Shown: one piece after another, positions 12,131 to 24,829 of the stretch
Position numbering within the stretch: position 1 is the first letter of the stretch
Layout: every line of letters starts with the position of its first letter
Assembly: GCA_965202585.1 (NCBI GenBank)
Contig: OZ241826.1
Location: 41,230,001-41,294,000 of the forward strand
Source: Thalia democratica
Taxonomy: Eukaryota
Length of the DNA stretch: 64,000 nucleotides
Reading direction: 5' to 3'
Translations under genes and position numbers: made by a program
The notes under the pieces: generated by a model
Told to the model about the DNA's origin: nothing
Databases searched by the model: none
The model's input: the letters and a program-made list of their open reading frames with translations, nothing else

Positions 12131-14609
12131 TACAAAAACAAATGAAGCAGTTCATAAAGGTAAAGTTTGAAAATAGTAACTATTTAAGATGCTTATGTCA
12201 ACATTAATTTTTTTCTGTAACAACAGCGAAAGCAACTTTTTATTTGCAAGTAAAATAAATAGATCAGTTATCATTTCAGGTTGAATTTACACTTTTGTTT
12301 TCTTATTTTTTCAGAAAATATATCTTCAAAGTAATTTAATTCAAACATTCGTAATCAAATTTTAGTTAGTTAAGTCGTTGCTTCAATATAAATCTTACAT
12401 AAAGTTAAGCACTCTTTAAATTATTACAAAAGTAACTTGCAAGTAATTTTATGTCAGGCAATAAAAAACTAAGTATTAAGATTAGAAAAAAAACTTACGT
12501 ATTTAATAAATTTTGTAAAATAAACTTAAAACTATAGTTTTTACTTTTAAAAGTTTTTAGCTATATAAAATATAAATATTTACTGTTGTAAAACAATAAA
12601 TAAAAGATAAAGAAAATTAAAATACACAAACTTAAATAAATCTAAAATGAAGTTTTATTTAAATTTTATATGAGGAAAAAAATAAAACAAGTTCTAAGGT
12701 TTTATAACGTTTTATTAACAGCATTTTTTAAAAGTTTTGTTCACAGTAAAATGTTTAAATCAGAAAAAGTTGTGTTGCCAAAAAAAAAAGGCAAAAATTA
12801 AATTTTGATTAACTATTTTGTTTTCGTAAAAAAAAATTAGTATAATTTAAAAATTTTAGTTAACCAATTGACAACCAGTGGAGTTTGTTGTGAACCTTAG
12901 AGTATTTAAAATATTTTTATTGCTAAATTAACGAATGTTATATACATACTTAAACAGGATCAAACTATTTACATGTTTACATATTTCTTAGTTGTTCTAT
13001 ATTTTGGTATAAAGTTATAATATCTTATTATTCATTAACATGTTCAAATATCAAGCTAATATAATATTAAGTTCAAATAATTCTAAAATGTTTATAAAAC
13101 AATGTAAAAAGTTAGATACATTATAAAGTATTTAATATTTTGAGTTCAGCTAACTTTACTAAATATAAAAATATCAATAAAATTACTATTATAAAAAACT
13201 TATAGTAACCGCCATCTTTAACTATAGTTATAAGTAAATTTGTTTTTGCGTGTGTAAGAGACTTATATGTATTTTGTTTTACTTATATACATTTTAAGTA
13301 TTGAATTTTTTTACTAACTTTTAAGTATAGTAAATTTTTTGTGGTTTTTTTTTAAAGTAAATTGTTTTTAGTAGTTCAAAAAGCTAAGTTTAATTTTGAA
13401 AAACTTGTTTGTTTAGACCTCAATTGTAGACAGATTAAACATCACTTATTATATGTTATTTTGACTGTTTATTATTTCTTTTTATTTAAATTTTCTGTTT
13501 TTACTATTGTAGAAAAAAGTACGGAGTTTAGAAATATAACATCACAGTTGCCCTAAACGTTACAAAGACTATAACTATTACATTATAGTTTTCCGCAAAT
13601 AAGAATAGTATACAAAAATCAACGGTAAAAAAAAGCACGAAAAATGAAAAAATTAAAAAAGAAAAACTGCAAAAAAAAGGAACTAATGATAAACCCGTGC
13701 CAAAGTTCATCCAGTTTATTAGTAACCCTTCGTACAAAAGTAACAAAATGCTAAAGTTTCAATCTGCTTAAAAGTGTACCTTCCGACATTTACTCATCTG
13801 TCGCGCAATTGCAACTGCTTGCTGTAGCGGTACGTAAGTATAAACTACAATGAAGCATCTCGTCACTCAAGTTCAATATGCTCCCTGCTGATTTTTTTTT
13901 TTGACATAAATGTTCAAAGTACTTAAAGCACAAAAATAAAAAACAAAAAAATCGACCGTGCCTGTTCAATCGTTGATATTTATTAAATTTAAAAAATTAA
14001 CCTTTGATGCAACTCTATAAAAAACTCAGCTTTTTTATAATTTTCTTTAGTTTATTTATGTATCTCCTAAATGCGAAGAATGATCATTTTTCTACAACTT
14101 TCAACTTCTTGCGACAAGTAATAACAAAGTTATATTTTTTTAAACATTTTTTTATAAAAACTTAATTAAATGCTTAACAATCTTTCTGACAATCTCCAAA
14201 TCAAAATTTAAAAAAAAGATTTGACTTATCGCAAAAAAAAAGTCTTAATGTACTCTAAAACATAAATTTTTTGGTGAAAACAACGGTTAGGCCTACTATC
14301 ATGCCAACTACTTCGCGTACTAACTGACCAACTCTATGGCCTACTATTTGGATGTTATAGACTGTAATACATTAGTAGACTGTATTTCAAATGTTTTTAT
14401 TTTTCTGGATTAAATTTATTACAATTTGAACGCATAAAAGATATAAAACAATTGAATTTAAACAAATAAAGTTATGTTTAGTAATGAAGAAAGAGAAATT
14501 AAAAATTTGTGATAAAACTAAATATTTTTTCCAAAAACAAAAATTAAAAAAAAAGGACTTGCATTAACTAAATAACAACTGTTTCTTATGATTTCACTGC
14601 CTATAATGA

Positions 14610-14732
14610 CCTCAGGACCAACAGTAAGCCGAAAAAGTTTTGCGAAAAAAAATCTAGGCATCTGTAACTAAACAAGAGGACGTTTTGAAAGAGATGTTTG
14701 TCAAGGAGTTCACAACTATCACATCAATGTAA
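14610..14732 (+). pseudogene. Frameshifted, start-less paralog of the small ORF at 16345-16551
   Basis: Reads RTNSKPKKFCEKNL/(frameshift)ASVTKQEDVLKEMFVKEFTTITSM*, versus MTNRKAKDVCIQKGQILASVTKQEDVLKKIFVTLFETIIS. ATG has become AGG and there is a net 8-nt deletion. Confidence 0.55.
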
Positions 14733-15378
14733 CACAATGAAGTTTATAACTATCACATCACAGTAACATTATAAAGTCTACAACTATCACATCACATTAA
14801 CATTATAAAGTCTACAACTATCACATCACATTAACATTATAAAGTCTACAACTATCACATCACAGTAACATTATGAATTCTACAACTATCAAATCACAGT
14901 AACATTATGAAGTCTACAACTATTACATCACAGTAACATTATGAAGTCTACAACTATCACATCACATTAACATTATAAAGTCTACAACTATCACATCACA
15001 GTAACATTATGAATTCTACAACTATCAAATCACAGTAACATTATGAAGTCTACAACTATTACATCACAGTAACATTATGAAGTCTACAACTATCACATCA
15101 CAGTAACATTATGAAGTCTACAAAGTCACATCACAGTAACATTACGAAGTCTACAACTATCACATCACAGTAACATTATGAATAAATATAATTATCACTA
15201 ACAGTATCATTATAAAGTCTACAACTGTCAGATCACAGTAACATTACGAGGTCTACAACTATAACATCACAGTAAATTTATGTAGTTTACAAATATCACA
15301 TCACAGTAATATTATAAAATGTATAACTATCACATAACAATAACATTATGAAGTCTACAACTATCACATCACGGTAAC
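14715..15378 (+). repeat. 34-bp minisatellite, about 19-20 units
   Basis: Consensus CTATCACATCACAGTAACATTATGAAGTCTACAA, head-to-tail without spacers. Followed by one inverted degenerate unit at about 15380-15415. Confidence 0.95.
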
Positions 15379-16259
15379 AGACTTCATAATAGTGCAGATA
15401 ACTGTGATGTATCATTTAGAGATTTTATTCTAATTTAAGAAATCAACCATTAAAAACTAATGTTACAAACTAATGTTAAACTGTTATGATTTGAGCTCTA
15501 CAATATAAGAAATAATACAGTTGTAAGAAATTATCGTACTGGTTAAGTTGTTATAACTTTCGAATTACAATAAACATGAATTAATTAATGTATATTACTA
15601 TATAATAGTTACAATTTGACAAAAAAAAACTGATTAAATGGTAATAATTTTTTTTTTTATCATTTAACATAAAAGCTCTCATTTTAATTAGTAGTATTTC
15701 AAAAATAATCAAAACTCTAATTTTTATTATGCTGTATAGATAGCTTAACAACTATATGTATGATCAAAACACAAAGCTTAAAATATTTCAAAATATACAT
15801 AAGCCAACTTTAAGGCCAATTACTTTACCAACTAGTTGATTAACTACGCCCTGTAACTTAAGAAAAAACTCAGCCGAAGAAAACCACACAATTGATTAAG
15901 TTGTTCAGACCTTAGACTTACTATCAACATCTATCACTACTTAATAACAACAACTTAACTAATGATCTCAATGAACTCGGCTCATAATTGCCAAAATACA
16001 CGTCCTATACGTTTCCTCCATTATATAATGTATTTTATAAAACGAGCATTTTACTTATAAACGAATATAGTCAGACTAGTTGAATGTTCTTACTCGCGGT
16101 TTGATGAATTTATTAATAAAATTGTAACTGTTTTATAGTGGTATACGTTTAACAGCTCATTACTGTTGCAATTAGAAAGTTTGAACAACATAACCAGTAC
16201 GCTACGTTTTTTATAACTAAATTAACTCTTATTGTATATAGAGCTATATAAAAAAACTA

Positions 16260-16900
16260 ATTTTAACTATCACATCACAGTTGTCAGCAACAGTACAAAG
16301 TCTAAAAATGTTATTTGATCGTTGTAGACTACGTAATGTTGCCGTTAAAGTGTTAGTTGTGGAATCCGTAATGTTGCATATAACTTTGATGTTATAATTG
16401 AAGTCTTTGTAAAGATACTGTGATATAACTGTGATATGATAGTTTCAAACAGCGTAACAAATATCTTTTTCAATACATCCTCTTGTTTGGTAACTGAGGC
16501 CAGGATTTGACCTTTTTGTATGCAAACATCTTTCGCCTTTCTGTTGGTCATGAAGTCGTTTTAAGCAGTGAAAACACAAGAAGAAGTTGTTATTTAATTA
16601 ATGCTAGTCATTGATAATAGAATTTTGTTTTTGAAACAAAAAATGTTTTAACACAGTTTTTAAAGTTTGTTTCTCAATTACTAAGCATAATTTTTTATAT
16701 TTAGATACAGTTGTTTTATGCCTTATTTTGCATTAAAACTTTAATATTTTTTGTACAGAAAAAATAAAACATTTAGAAATATGGTCGAATGATATAATAC
16801 AGTGTATAGTAATTAAACAGTAAGCCAAGTAATTGGCTAGTTGTAAGCGAAGCAGTTGGCATGGTAATAGGCCTAACAGTTATTTTCACACAAAAAAAAA
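16260..16900 (-). repeat. Right arm of the inverted duplication; carries only 2-3 degenerate minisatellite-like units
   Basis: Reverse-complement match to 14270-14760. It also ends in an opposite-orientation unit (aactatcacatcacagt at about 16265). Confidence 0.8.
16345..16551 (-). CDS. Small 68-aa ORF or exon with a purifying-selection signature, product unknown
   Basis: True ATG at 16549-16551. Against its inverted paralog, 15 aligned codons (16456-16500 vs 14658-14702) differ at 9 sites; 8 are third positions and 7 are synonymous. Confidence 0.5.
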   Translation of the reverse strand: MTNRKAKDVCIQKGQILASVTKQEDVLKKIFVTLFETIISQLYHSIFTKTSIITSKLYATLRIPQLTL

Positions 16901-16916
16901 ACTAAATGCTCTAGAC

Positions 16917-17095
16917 CGGTGGTCTTCAAGCTTTTCAAAACCTGTGCACCCTAAATTGCAAAATTAAAATTCTGTGTACCCCAATGTGCGAATATCTAGT
17001 TTAAGTTAAAATAAATTTACCGTTATATCTAGTACAGGGTTCCCTAACTTTTTTTCAAAAGGCCCCCATTATACAAGGTTAAGCTATGGCCCCTC
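16917..17095 (+). mobile_element. Two hAT (Charlie-like) MITE 5'-end fragments
   Basis: CGGTGGTCTTCAAGCTTTT...GTGCACCC/GTGTACCCC at 16917 and CAGGGTTCCCTAACTTTTT...GGCCCCC at 17035 resemble hAT termini. Matching right TIRs were not found. Confidence 0.4.
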
Positions 17096-17339
17096 GAACA
17101 AGACTTTTCAAAAAACTATCATAAAAACTGCAGAAGACCTAAGACTCATTTTTGCTTGTTTTAGTCAGTATTAACCAAAATTTTTGTTCATAAAAGTTTA
17201 AAACAAAATTATTTAGAAATATAATTTTTATGTAAAATACTAATAGAAATATTTCTTACTTTTATTATCATGTTTTTAAAGAATGTAAGTTAAAACGTTT
17301 TTTATATATTGTCATGGACTCTGTACTATTGTATAACTA

Positions 17340-19130
17340 TTTGTCTGAAACTATTTTTCACTTCCTTGAACTGATCTTAGTGGCGAAACTTTTATTTTCT
17401 ATAGAATGTTTTTTAATTTCAACTGTCTATAAACTTATAATATAATGAAAAGTAATAGCAACATTGCTTACTTGTTAATAAACTAGTAAACTTTGATTAG
17501 ACAAAATGTCTAATAAAAAAAATCATAAGTTCAAGGAAGTTTCAAAACTTTCTAATTTTGTATGAAAAGTAAAATACTAGTTTATTTCTTAAACTGTTAA
17601 TGCTTTAATAAAAAAATTAATTATTAATAGTTTATACAAACTGATTCAAATAAAGCTTGGGACATTTTGTTTGAATATTCAGCTTATATACAAGCAAAAT
17701 AAACGAGAGTAGTACTCTAGTTTTATGAACACTAAATTTTATTGTTTGTTGAAACTAAAAAAACTTTTAGTACAAAATATATATAAGTCTTGTTTGTGCT
17801 AAAGTTTTCCGCGAGTCAAAATGCGCATATATCTACTTGAACTTTTTTTCATTATTTGTTATTAACTATATAAAATGTACTCCATTCTGCACAAATTATG
17901 AAGTAAAAAGATGTTAAAAAGTTCTATCCGTGTTCCCAGCTAGAAAATAAGAATATACATCTCAAGGTTTCTGGTTATTTAAAGTCTATAAATTTATTTA
18001 CAATGTTTTTAGTAAAAAAAAACATTTAGACCTGTTTATAAAAATCCATTTAAAGTGATATAATTTATGTCAGATGCAACTTTTTACCGTCATAAAACAT
18101 AATTTAATGCAATGGTTGCAGACTAGTGTGCTGAAAACATACGATAAAATTCAACTGATTGAATACAAAGTGTTTTGCCGGGGTCAGTAACCGATTTTTG
18201 CGGTTTTCTTTCTGAACGGGCATGCTAATAAAAAAAAACGGGTTCTACGCTAAATTTAATTAAATGATAAATCGCAATTTTTAGTAATCTTTATCTTACC
18301 GGTTTTTAAAAGCTGTAGAAAATAAATCATTTTGTAGTTTGTTCTTAACTTTTTATAATTTTCTTAAAACTAAAAAATCTCATGTTACCACTAAAATGTT
18401 TGGATGCTGATAATTTTGAAATTATTCCCTAGTTTATTAGAATGAAGCTTAAATCTGTTTTTTAATTAAACTCTATCAAAAAACTTTTAATAGGTATATA
18501 ATTTTTTATTTTTAGCAATAAAAAACGTTTAATTTTTGTCCGCTGTAATTTTTTTAAATTCACTCAAACTTTAAAATTTGTAAAATTAAGTCTTAGTTGA
18601 TAAAATAAAACTAAAAAAAATACACATAATTTTTTGTCTAAATAGTATATATAAATAAAAATTTAAATAAATAGTTTTACACAACTATTTCAAAGTTATA
18701 AAAAAAAATTATTATTTATTACCACGGTTTGGTTCAGACTCAAAACCCTGATTTCAAACAATCAAACCTTCATTTTTACTCAAGAAACTATAACATATAA
18801 ACATTTATAGTTTAAAGTTAGAATTAATAGTTAAACTAAATATTAGGTTTATATACAAATATCGCATCTAAAACTGTTAACGGTTTGATCGTAAAGTACC
18901 AATGAAAAAACTGCTTACAAACTTTACCGCTTTTTATTCAGTAAATAAGTTCAAGCAAACTAAAAAGCTTCACGATGGTTCGTGAGTTTATAAACAAAAA
19001 AGTTGAAAAGTTGTTTATTTATAGGAAGCTTAACCAGGATTATGTGTTTGTGATAAAATAAACTAACAAAGATTTATAAAATTAAAATACTGTTTGACGT
19101 TTGGCTTTAATGTAAAGTTTTTAGCTAAAT
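17340..19130 (+). repeat. Third, partial copy (A3) of the duplicated unit
   Basis: Colinear with about 10010-12130 (e.g. 17520-17600 vs 10500-10570; 17870-18000 vs 10850-10970; 18920-19130 vs 11950-12130). Confidence 0.8.
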
Positions 19131-21011
19131 GCTGTTTTATTTGTTTTAAAATAATTACTACTAAATGAAAATCCGGGTTGCATGTTAAAAGAGATATAAA
19201 TTATACTTATTTATTTTTTTTTTAATTCTGCAAGTTAACGAAAACTTAAAACTGCTTGTAGCCTTTTTCAATGTTCTGTGTGCCCTTACATTGTCTCCAC
19301 TTAATTAAACAGTAAAAATGTTAGAAACTTTGAAAATTATACTGTTGAAAAAATTAAACATTATTTTTCATTTAAGTTATTGCATTTTTGTTAGTTAGTT
19401 TTTTTACAAGGTTTTGATAATATAGAAATGTTGCAATTAATTCATTAAAAGCCAAGGGAAATAGTTATGAGTAATAAACATTATAAGTACATAGTTGTCA
19501 TAAATTAACTTTTATTTCAATATTATTCTTTGTTTCGATTATAGCTATTCGTTTTTCTTAGTTATTATTTACCAGTTCAAAATTCATGCTCATAAAATTT
19601 TTAGTTCTTTTATAAAGAGTTATTTTTCGAAAATCTTTGTAAAATAAGGTAAAAAGTTTTTTATATTTTAAACTCAGCTACCTTTAAAAGAAATCAAAAT
19701 ATTATAAACAAAACTGTTACTGAGAAAACTTTTAGTTATCAGGTAAGTTTTGCATAATTATGAGCATCGAATTATTTCACGTGTTTAAACAAACTTTGAT
19801 GTTTTTATTTTACTCATGAATCATTTTTACTATTGATCTACCGGATCAACATAACTAGAATCTAGCCGAACTTTCCGTATTCAGTAGAAAGCTAACTTAA
19901 AGCTTGAAGTACTTAAAGCTTGAAGATAAATTAATCTATTGGAATTTAAAACTTAAGAAACTTTGTTAAGTTTTTTTTTTATGTCGAAACGGATTTGAAA
20001 ATAGCAGCTTGGACAAATCAAATGTTTAAAAACAGCAAATTGAAGCACTCTAAATTGATCATTTAAATAAATACAAGTTATTTTTTACACATAGATTAAT
20101 AATGATAATAAAAAATATTTTATATAAAACATTGAATTGAGTGGCAATCTCTAGAACAAAGACCTCTAGAACAGACCACTATGAATTGATTACGATAGTA
20201 AACTATTTATAATAAAACTTATTGTTTTAAAACTGTTAAGGTTGAAGCTAAGCTTGTACTACATGTTCAGCTATTATTAACTAATGGTTTTATGTATTGA
20301 TATCTTAACTATGAAAAAAACTGATTCAAATTTATCATAAGTAGTTTCAAATACCATTTACATATATAATTATGAATAGAAAATGTATACTAGTATGCAT
20401 GTTTAATCACAACTTATATTTTTAACTAATTTTTAGTTTTTAAACTGAAAGGATTTAATTATATCTTATTTATTAATTAGTTATATCTTATTAAAAGCAT
20501 AAACTTTACAGTACTTAGCTTCATATTTTCATTTTTAAAAGTAAAATTCAGTTATTGTAAAAATCACTTCTTTAAAGCTCTTGAAAATTTTTTTACAATG
20601 TTTCATTTAACTATTCAAATGTAATATTGTTTTTACTGTTCAAGTTGAATTATTAAATTACCTTTTTAGCACAAAATACTTATAAAACTATTTCTGTAAA
20701 AATATTTCATCTTATTACATTTTACCTTCTTTAAAGAAGTTGTAATTATATTTCAAGTATTCACTCGTTTGTTATTAGTGTTGTATATCTTCTTTTAAAA
20801 GTTAATTTAAAGTTACATATATTTTTTAGTTTTTATGTTACTAAAAAAGATTCATAGTACATTATTAAACACAAAATTCTGTTAATTTTTGTTTAGTTTT
20901 TTTTTCTTTCATTTTTTTTTTGTTTAACTGATTGTTTTGTTACGAAAGATTTAAATACCTAAATGATAAAAAAAAACTATATGTAATAGCTCGTAAGAAA
21001 CTTTATAAGCA

Positions 21012-21079
21012 TGTGGTGTACGACTTGATAACCGAAAGGCTCCTTTGTACACCAGGTCCTTAGACCAAACTTTTTGAGC
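21012..21079 (-). repeat. Dispersed element, copy 2 (part of a ~300-bp block 20800-21110 shared with 43230-43530 and 53715-54010)
   Basis: Reverse complement gctcaaaaagtttggtctaaggacctggtgtacaaaggagcctttcggttatcaagtcgtacacca. Contains a perfect 8-bp stem TGGTGTAC/GTACACCA. Confidence 0.75.
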
Positions 21080-22835
21080 TGTTATTTTATCGTTCAATAA
21101 ACAATAATGATATCTAACTATAAGTTAGACCTCGATTGTCAAATTACATATTTCTTAAATTTAGAAGAATCATTACTATAATTAAAATAAAATCTATGTA
21201 AAAAAGTATTAATTTACAATTAAAACACTAAGCGAATATTTTCAACTACTGTTTTTACAAAATATTTTTTATAATATATTTAAAAAAAGTGTTGTGCTGC
21301 ATTTTATTATTATTTTTTAGTTAAAAAAGAAAATAAGTAGCACTAACCAACCTACTGTCAAGCAATAAATCAGTTTTTGAATGTTTTTGTATACTTTAAT
21401 ATTCGTATTTGTGTAACATATAAACTTATTTGAACCTAAAATCTATCACTCTTTCAAAACGTTTTTGTTTGCATTTTATGATAAATAATTATTCTTCATT
21501 TCAAAAGTATCCGTAAAGCTATGTTTCAAAAAAATTAAGTTTTCAGTTGCTTTTGGTGCTTACATGACAGTTAAAATTCGGAAAGTTCAAATTCTCTATG
21601 AGATACTTAAGATACTATATCTCAAAAAGTATTAAGGTTATTAATATCTACAAGCCATTTTCATTGGTTTGTAAAGTTTCCAAAATACTTGAGATAATAC
21701 TAAAAAAGAATTTGATTTCAGAATTTGAATTTAAATTGTCCAAATTTGAATAGTTGTGCACCCGTTTTGTTTTGATAATATATTTTTATGGTTTAAACAG
21801 TTTATATTATGTTTTGTTTTAAACAAACACTTTAGACGGATAAAACATAACCTATTATAGCTATATGTTGTATTTAGTTTAAAAATTATTGTTTACTGTA
21901 ACATATTTATATATTCTAGTTTTATAAAAATTCATGTTTTTATTTTTGTAAGGTATTATAAACAAGTGTTATTGATACAATATATATATTTTTCTTCTCT
22001 AATAAACTTTGCAGTTAGCATTGAGTGAACTAAAACTTAAAGTTTGTATTTGCATAAAACATAGTAAATGAAAATTTGTTAACTACTTTTAGCCACCTAA
22101 TTATGTACAAAAGATTTTTCACAATGTTAATAGTATATTAAACTACAGTTAATAACAATGATAAACATGTGATTTTTTCTCCTTTCAACAATTTATTTGA
22201 ATATTCAAAAACTTATAAGCGTATTATTTTTGTCTTTTATCTGAAAAATGAATGTATTAAAAAAAAGTTTTTTCAGTTTTATTGTTTTAAATTTTTACAT
22301 GTATTTAAAAAGAAATATTCAAGTCGTTTAATAAATGTATGTATACATATGATAAAAATTGTTTTATATGCAACAATAATGATTTTTGGATCAAGCAACT
22401 AAAACACAGTATGTGTAAATCTACTTACTTGTGAGTAAAGTTAGTAATTATATAATGAACACTACATTTATTGTTTGTGTTGTCTTAAAAAGTTAAGCTT
22501 AATAATTTTAAGCATTGATAATTTTTAGAGCTTTAAAGAACTATTTGATAATAACTAGTTATTTAACATGTTTTAGAACTTTACCAAACTACTTATTTAT
22601 AATGATACTAATGTTAGTCGATTTTATTTCAATATTAAACAAAACATATGAAATTACGTACTTTTATAATAATGCTAACAATGAATTTAATTTAAAACAA
22701 AACTTGAAGAAGGTGTTTTGTTAATAAGGTTTTAAATAAATTTTATTTCATTTCATATTCTTAAGATTTAAAGCTATAAACTTTAAGCTTATTACTCAAG
22801 TTCTATAATAGTATTTATATTTATACTTAAATATA

Positions 22836-23508
22836 CAGTAGACTACCGTTTAAGTACGCACTTTTTTTGGTACGCACCCCGCCTTAAGTACGCACTTATC
22901 AAATTTCTAAAATTATTTTTCTAAAATTTCTAATTTTTTTTATTCAAAAATTTTCAGAATATCTGCAAAAGAAAGGCTAATTTTAATGTGACGTAACATA
23001 AAACTAGTTAACCACAAAAACTAGTTACAAATTTTATAAAGTCAAAATAAACATATAAAAAGAAACAACAACAACAAAAAACTAAAGTAAAAAAAAATAA
23101 TGAGCATCTTATCATTGTGCACTTATACTATAAATGTTTCTACTGATATAAACTTTCTTACAAAAACAGTCCTGAAACGTTTTCCTTTCAAATAAAAAAA
23201 TCAAACACTTTTTAGGTAATAAAAAAATTATAATAAATGTATTTATTAATTATGTAGAAACTTTTAATGAAAAAATAAATCATTTTAAAATCTATTAAAA
23301 AATTTTGCAGATTAGAATTATGTATTAAATGTTATTTAAAATACAAAGAATTGTTTTTTTGGCTTAATTATTTGGTGGCTAGTTGTGAGAAAGAAAACAA
23401 ACAACTAAATTTCATACTATACTATGCTTTCAAAAAGTACGCACTATCCGTGCTAAGTACGCACTTTTTGGTCGGGTTCAATTTGCGTACTTAAGCGGTA
23501 GTCTACTG
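22836..23508. mobile_element. Tc1/mariner-superfamily (pogo/Tigger-like) MITE, 673 bp
   Basis: 25-bp TIRs CAGTAGACTACCG(T/C)TTAAGTACGCA with 1 mismatch. TA on both flanks (22834-35, 23509-10). Repeated subterminal (A/G)(A/G)GTACGCAC motifs. No ORF. Confidence 0.9.
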
Positions 23509-24157
23509 TAGTTTAGCCAGCATTAAATTTAAAGTCAAGGGAAACTTATACAAACGTGCTGGTATTGAAATTGTTTTGACTCTAGCTTAATAATACTTAC
23601 AAGTTATTATAAAAGTGTCAAAACTAGTTTAAAATTGCAGATCGATAATAAAAAGGAACTAGTTTTAGCTTGTTTTAAACTTTCATTATTTTTAAACTTT
23701 ATATACTTGATGTGTCTATTTTTTGTACAATTTTTCATTTTATTGTTTAATCTAAAGTTTAATTTTACATAAAGTTAAGTTCTTATAGGTGATTTTAAGC
23801 CATAGTAAAGTAATAAATTTTTCTTTAAGTTATATAATATAACTATAGGGTAGTAGCAAATTCAAATTGTTAGATAAAGATGAGTTTCACTTAGCATAAA
23901 CACCAACGCTTGTATGGCACATACATTGTGTGGTTGCTCAATGATTATAAGCAACAAAATATAGTTCAAAATAGATAAACATTAGCTTTCCATTTAAACA
24001 TCGACTACAGTTTTTATAACATTGTGTAACTCTAACAATAAAAATTATAAAAAATGATAAAAATTAACCTTTATTCTAATAAAGGTAAGCAATAATTACG
24101 TCACTAAAGTTTTCAAAAAACCGAACAAAAATATTTTTGTTTGATTTAACAAAATTC

Positions 24158-24696
24158 ATGGACAAGCGTATTTCACTTTTCATCAGTTGTGGATTGGAAA
24201 AGCAGATTGAGTCTTTTTGATTTGATAACTTGCTCGTGCCTTGTCAAGTGAAGAACGGGGACAAAGCTGATTTAGCAGAAACTCCTTACCAGGCGTCTCT
24301 GAAAGTGGCGGAGTTTCAACAAGCGGTAAATCTGGACGGCGAGGCCGGTTGGGGCAGATATGCAACTCACGAGCCTGAGCGTAATTGCGGCGGGTAAATA
24401 CCGAACAGCCGGTGGATTATGATGGCTGTTTGGTATGATATTTAGAAGGTTACCGTTACAAAGCAGTGACCGCAGGAACTGTGTATAACGAAGAGGACGA
24501 AAACTATCCGACCCGCAGGACCGTCCTTTTTAAAAGCCATTACACGCACGAAACCTTCTACAGGGACCCTTTCTGCTGTTCTTGGCCGCAGCAGGACATA
24601 GAGCTGGTGCTCCTCGAAATCAAGCTGTACGACCAGGCTGGGGCGTCGCGTGGGGTGTTGCACTGCCGAAAATGCACCACATTAGAATTTTGTTAG
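24158..24696 (+). pseudogene. GC-rich island with an interrupted reading frame: decayed gene, or a small 2-3 exon gene of unknown product
   Basis: ATG at 24158 reads MDKRISLFISCGLEKQIESF*FDNLLVPCQVKNGDKADLAETPYQASLKVAEFQQAVNLDGEAGWGRYATHEPE. A 65-nt GT-AG intron (24381-24445) would join it in frame to GYRYKAVTAGTVYNEEDENYPTRRTVLFKSHYTHETFYRDPFCCSWPQQDIELVLLEIKLYDQAGASRGVLHCRKCTTLEFC*. Sampled GC is about 55%. Confidence 0.5.
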
Positions 24697-24829
24697 AAAA
24701 AACTAAGTATCTATAACGTTTTAGTTATTTTTTAGAACAAAATCTTTTATGAAACTCCAATTTAGAAAACGGCCATTTTGCTCACTACAAACTTCTAGCT
24801 GACTGCCGCAACTGAACTCAAAAAGCAAA

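Larger units (their letters stand above)
14270..15420 (+). repeat. Left arm of a diverged inverted duplication (partner 16260-16900)
   Basis: ggtgaaaacaacggttaggcctactatcatgccaactacttcgc (14270s) matches the reverse complement of 16840-16890. 14545-14730 matches the reverse complement of 16420-16650. Boundaries are approximate. Confidence 0.8.

Noticed and set aside
14715-15378. 34-bp array as a CRISPR locus
   Set aside because: The units are contiguous with no unique spacers, there are no cas genes, and the context is eukaryotic with introns.
19895-19926. Short direct duplications such as ACTTAAAGCTTGAAG x2
   Set aside because: Ordinary slippage products in AT-rich DNA.
21012-21066. Hammerhead ribozyme (CTTGATAA-CCGAAAGG)
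   Set aside because: It lacks the CUGAUGA and GAAA catalytic core in the right arrangement.
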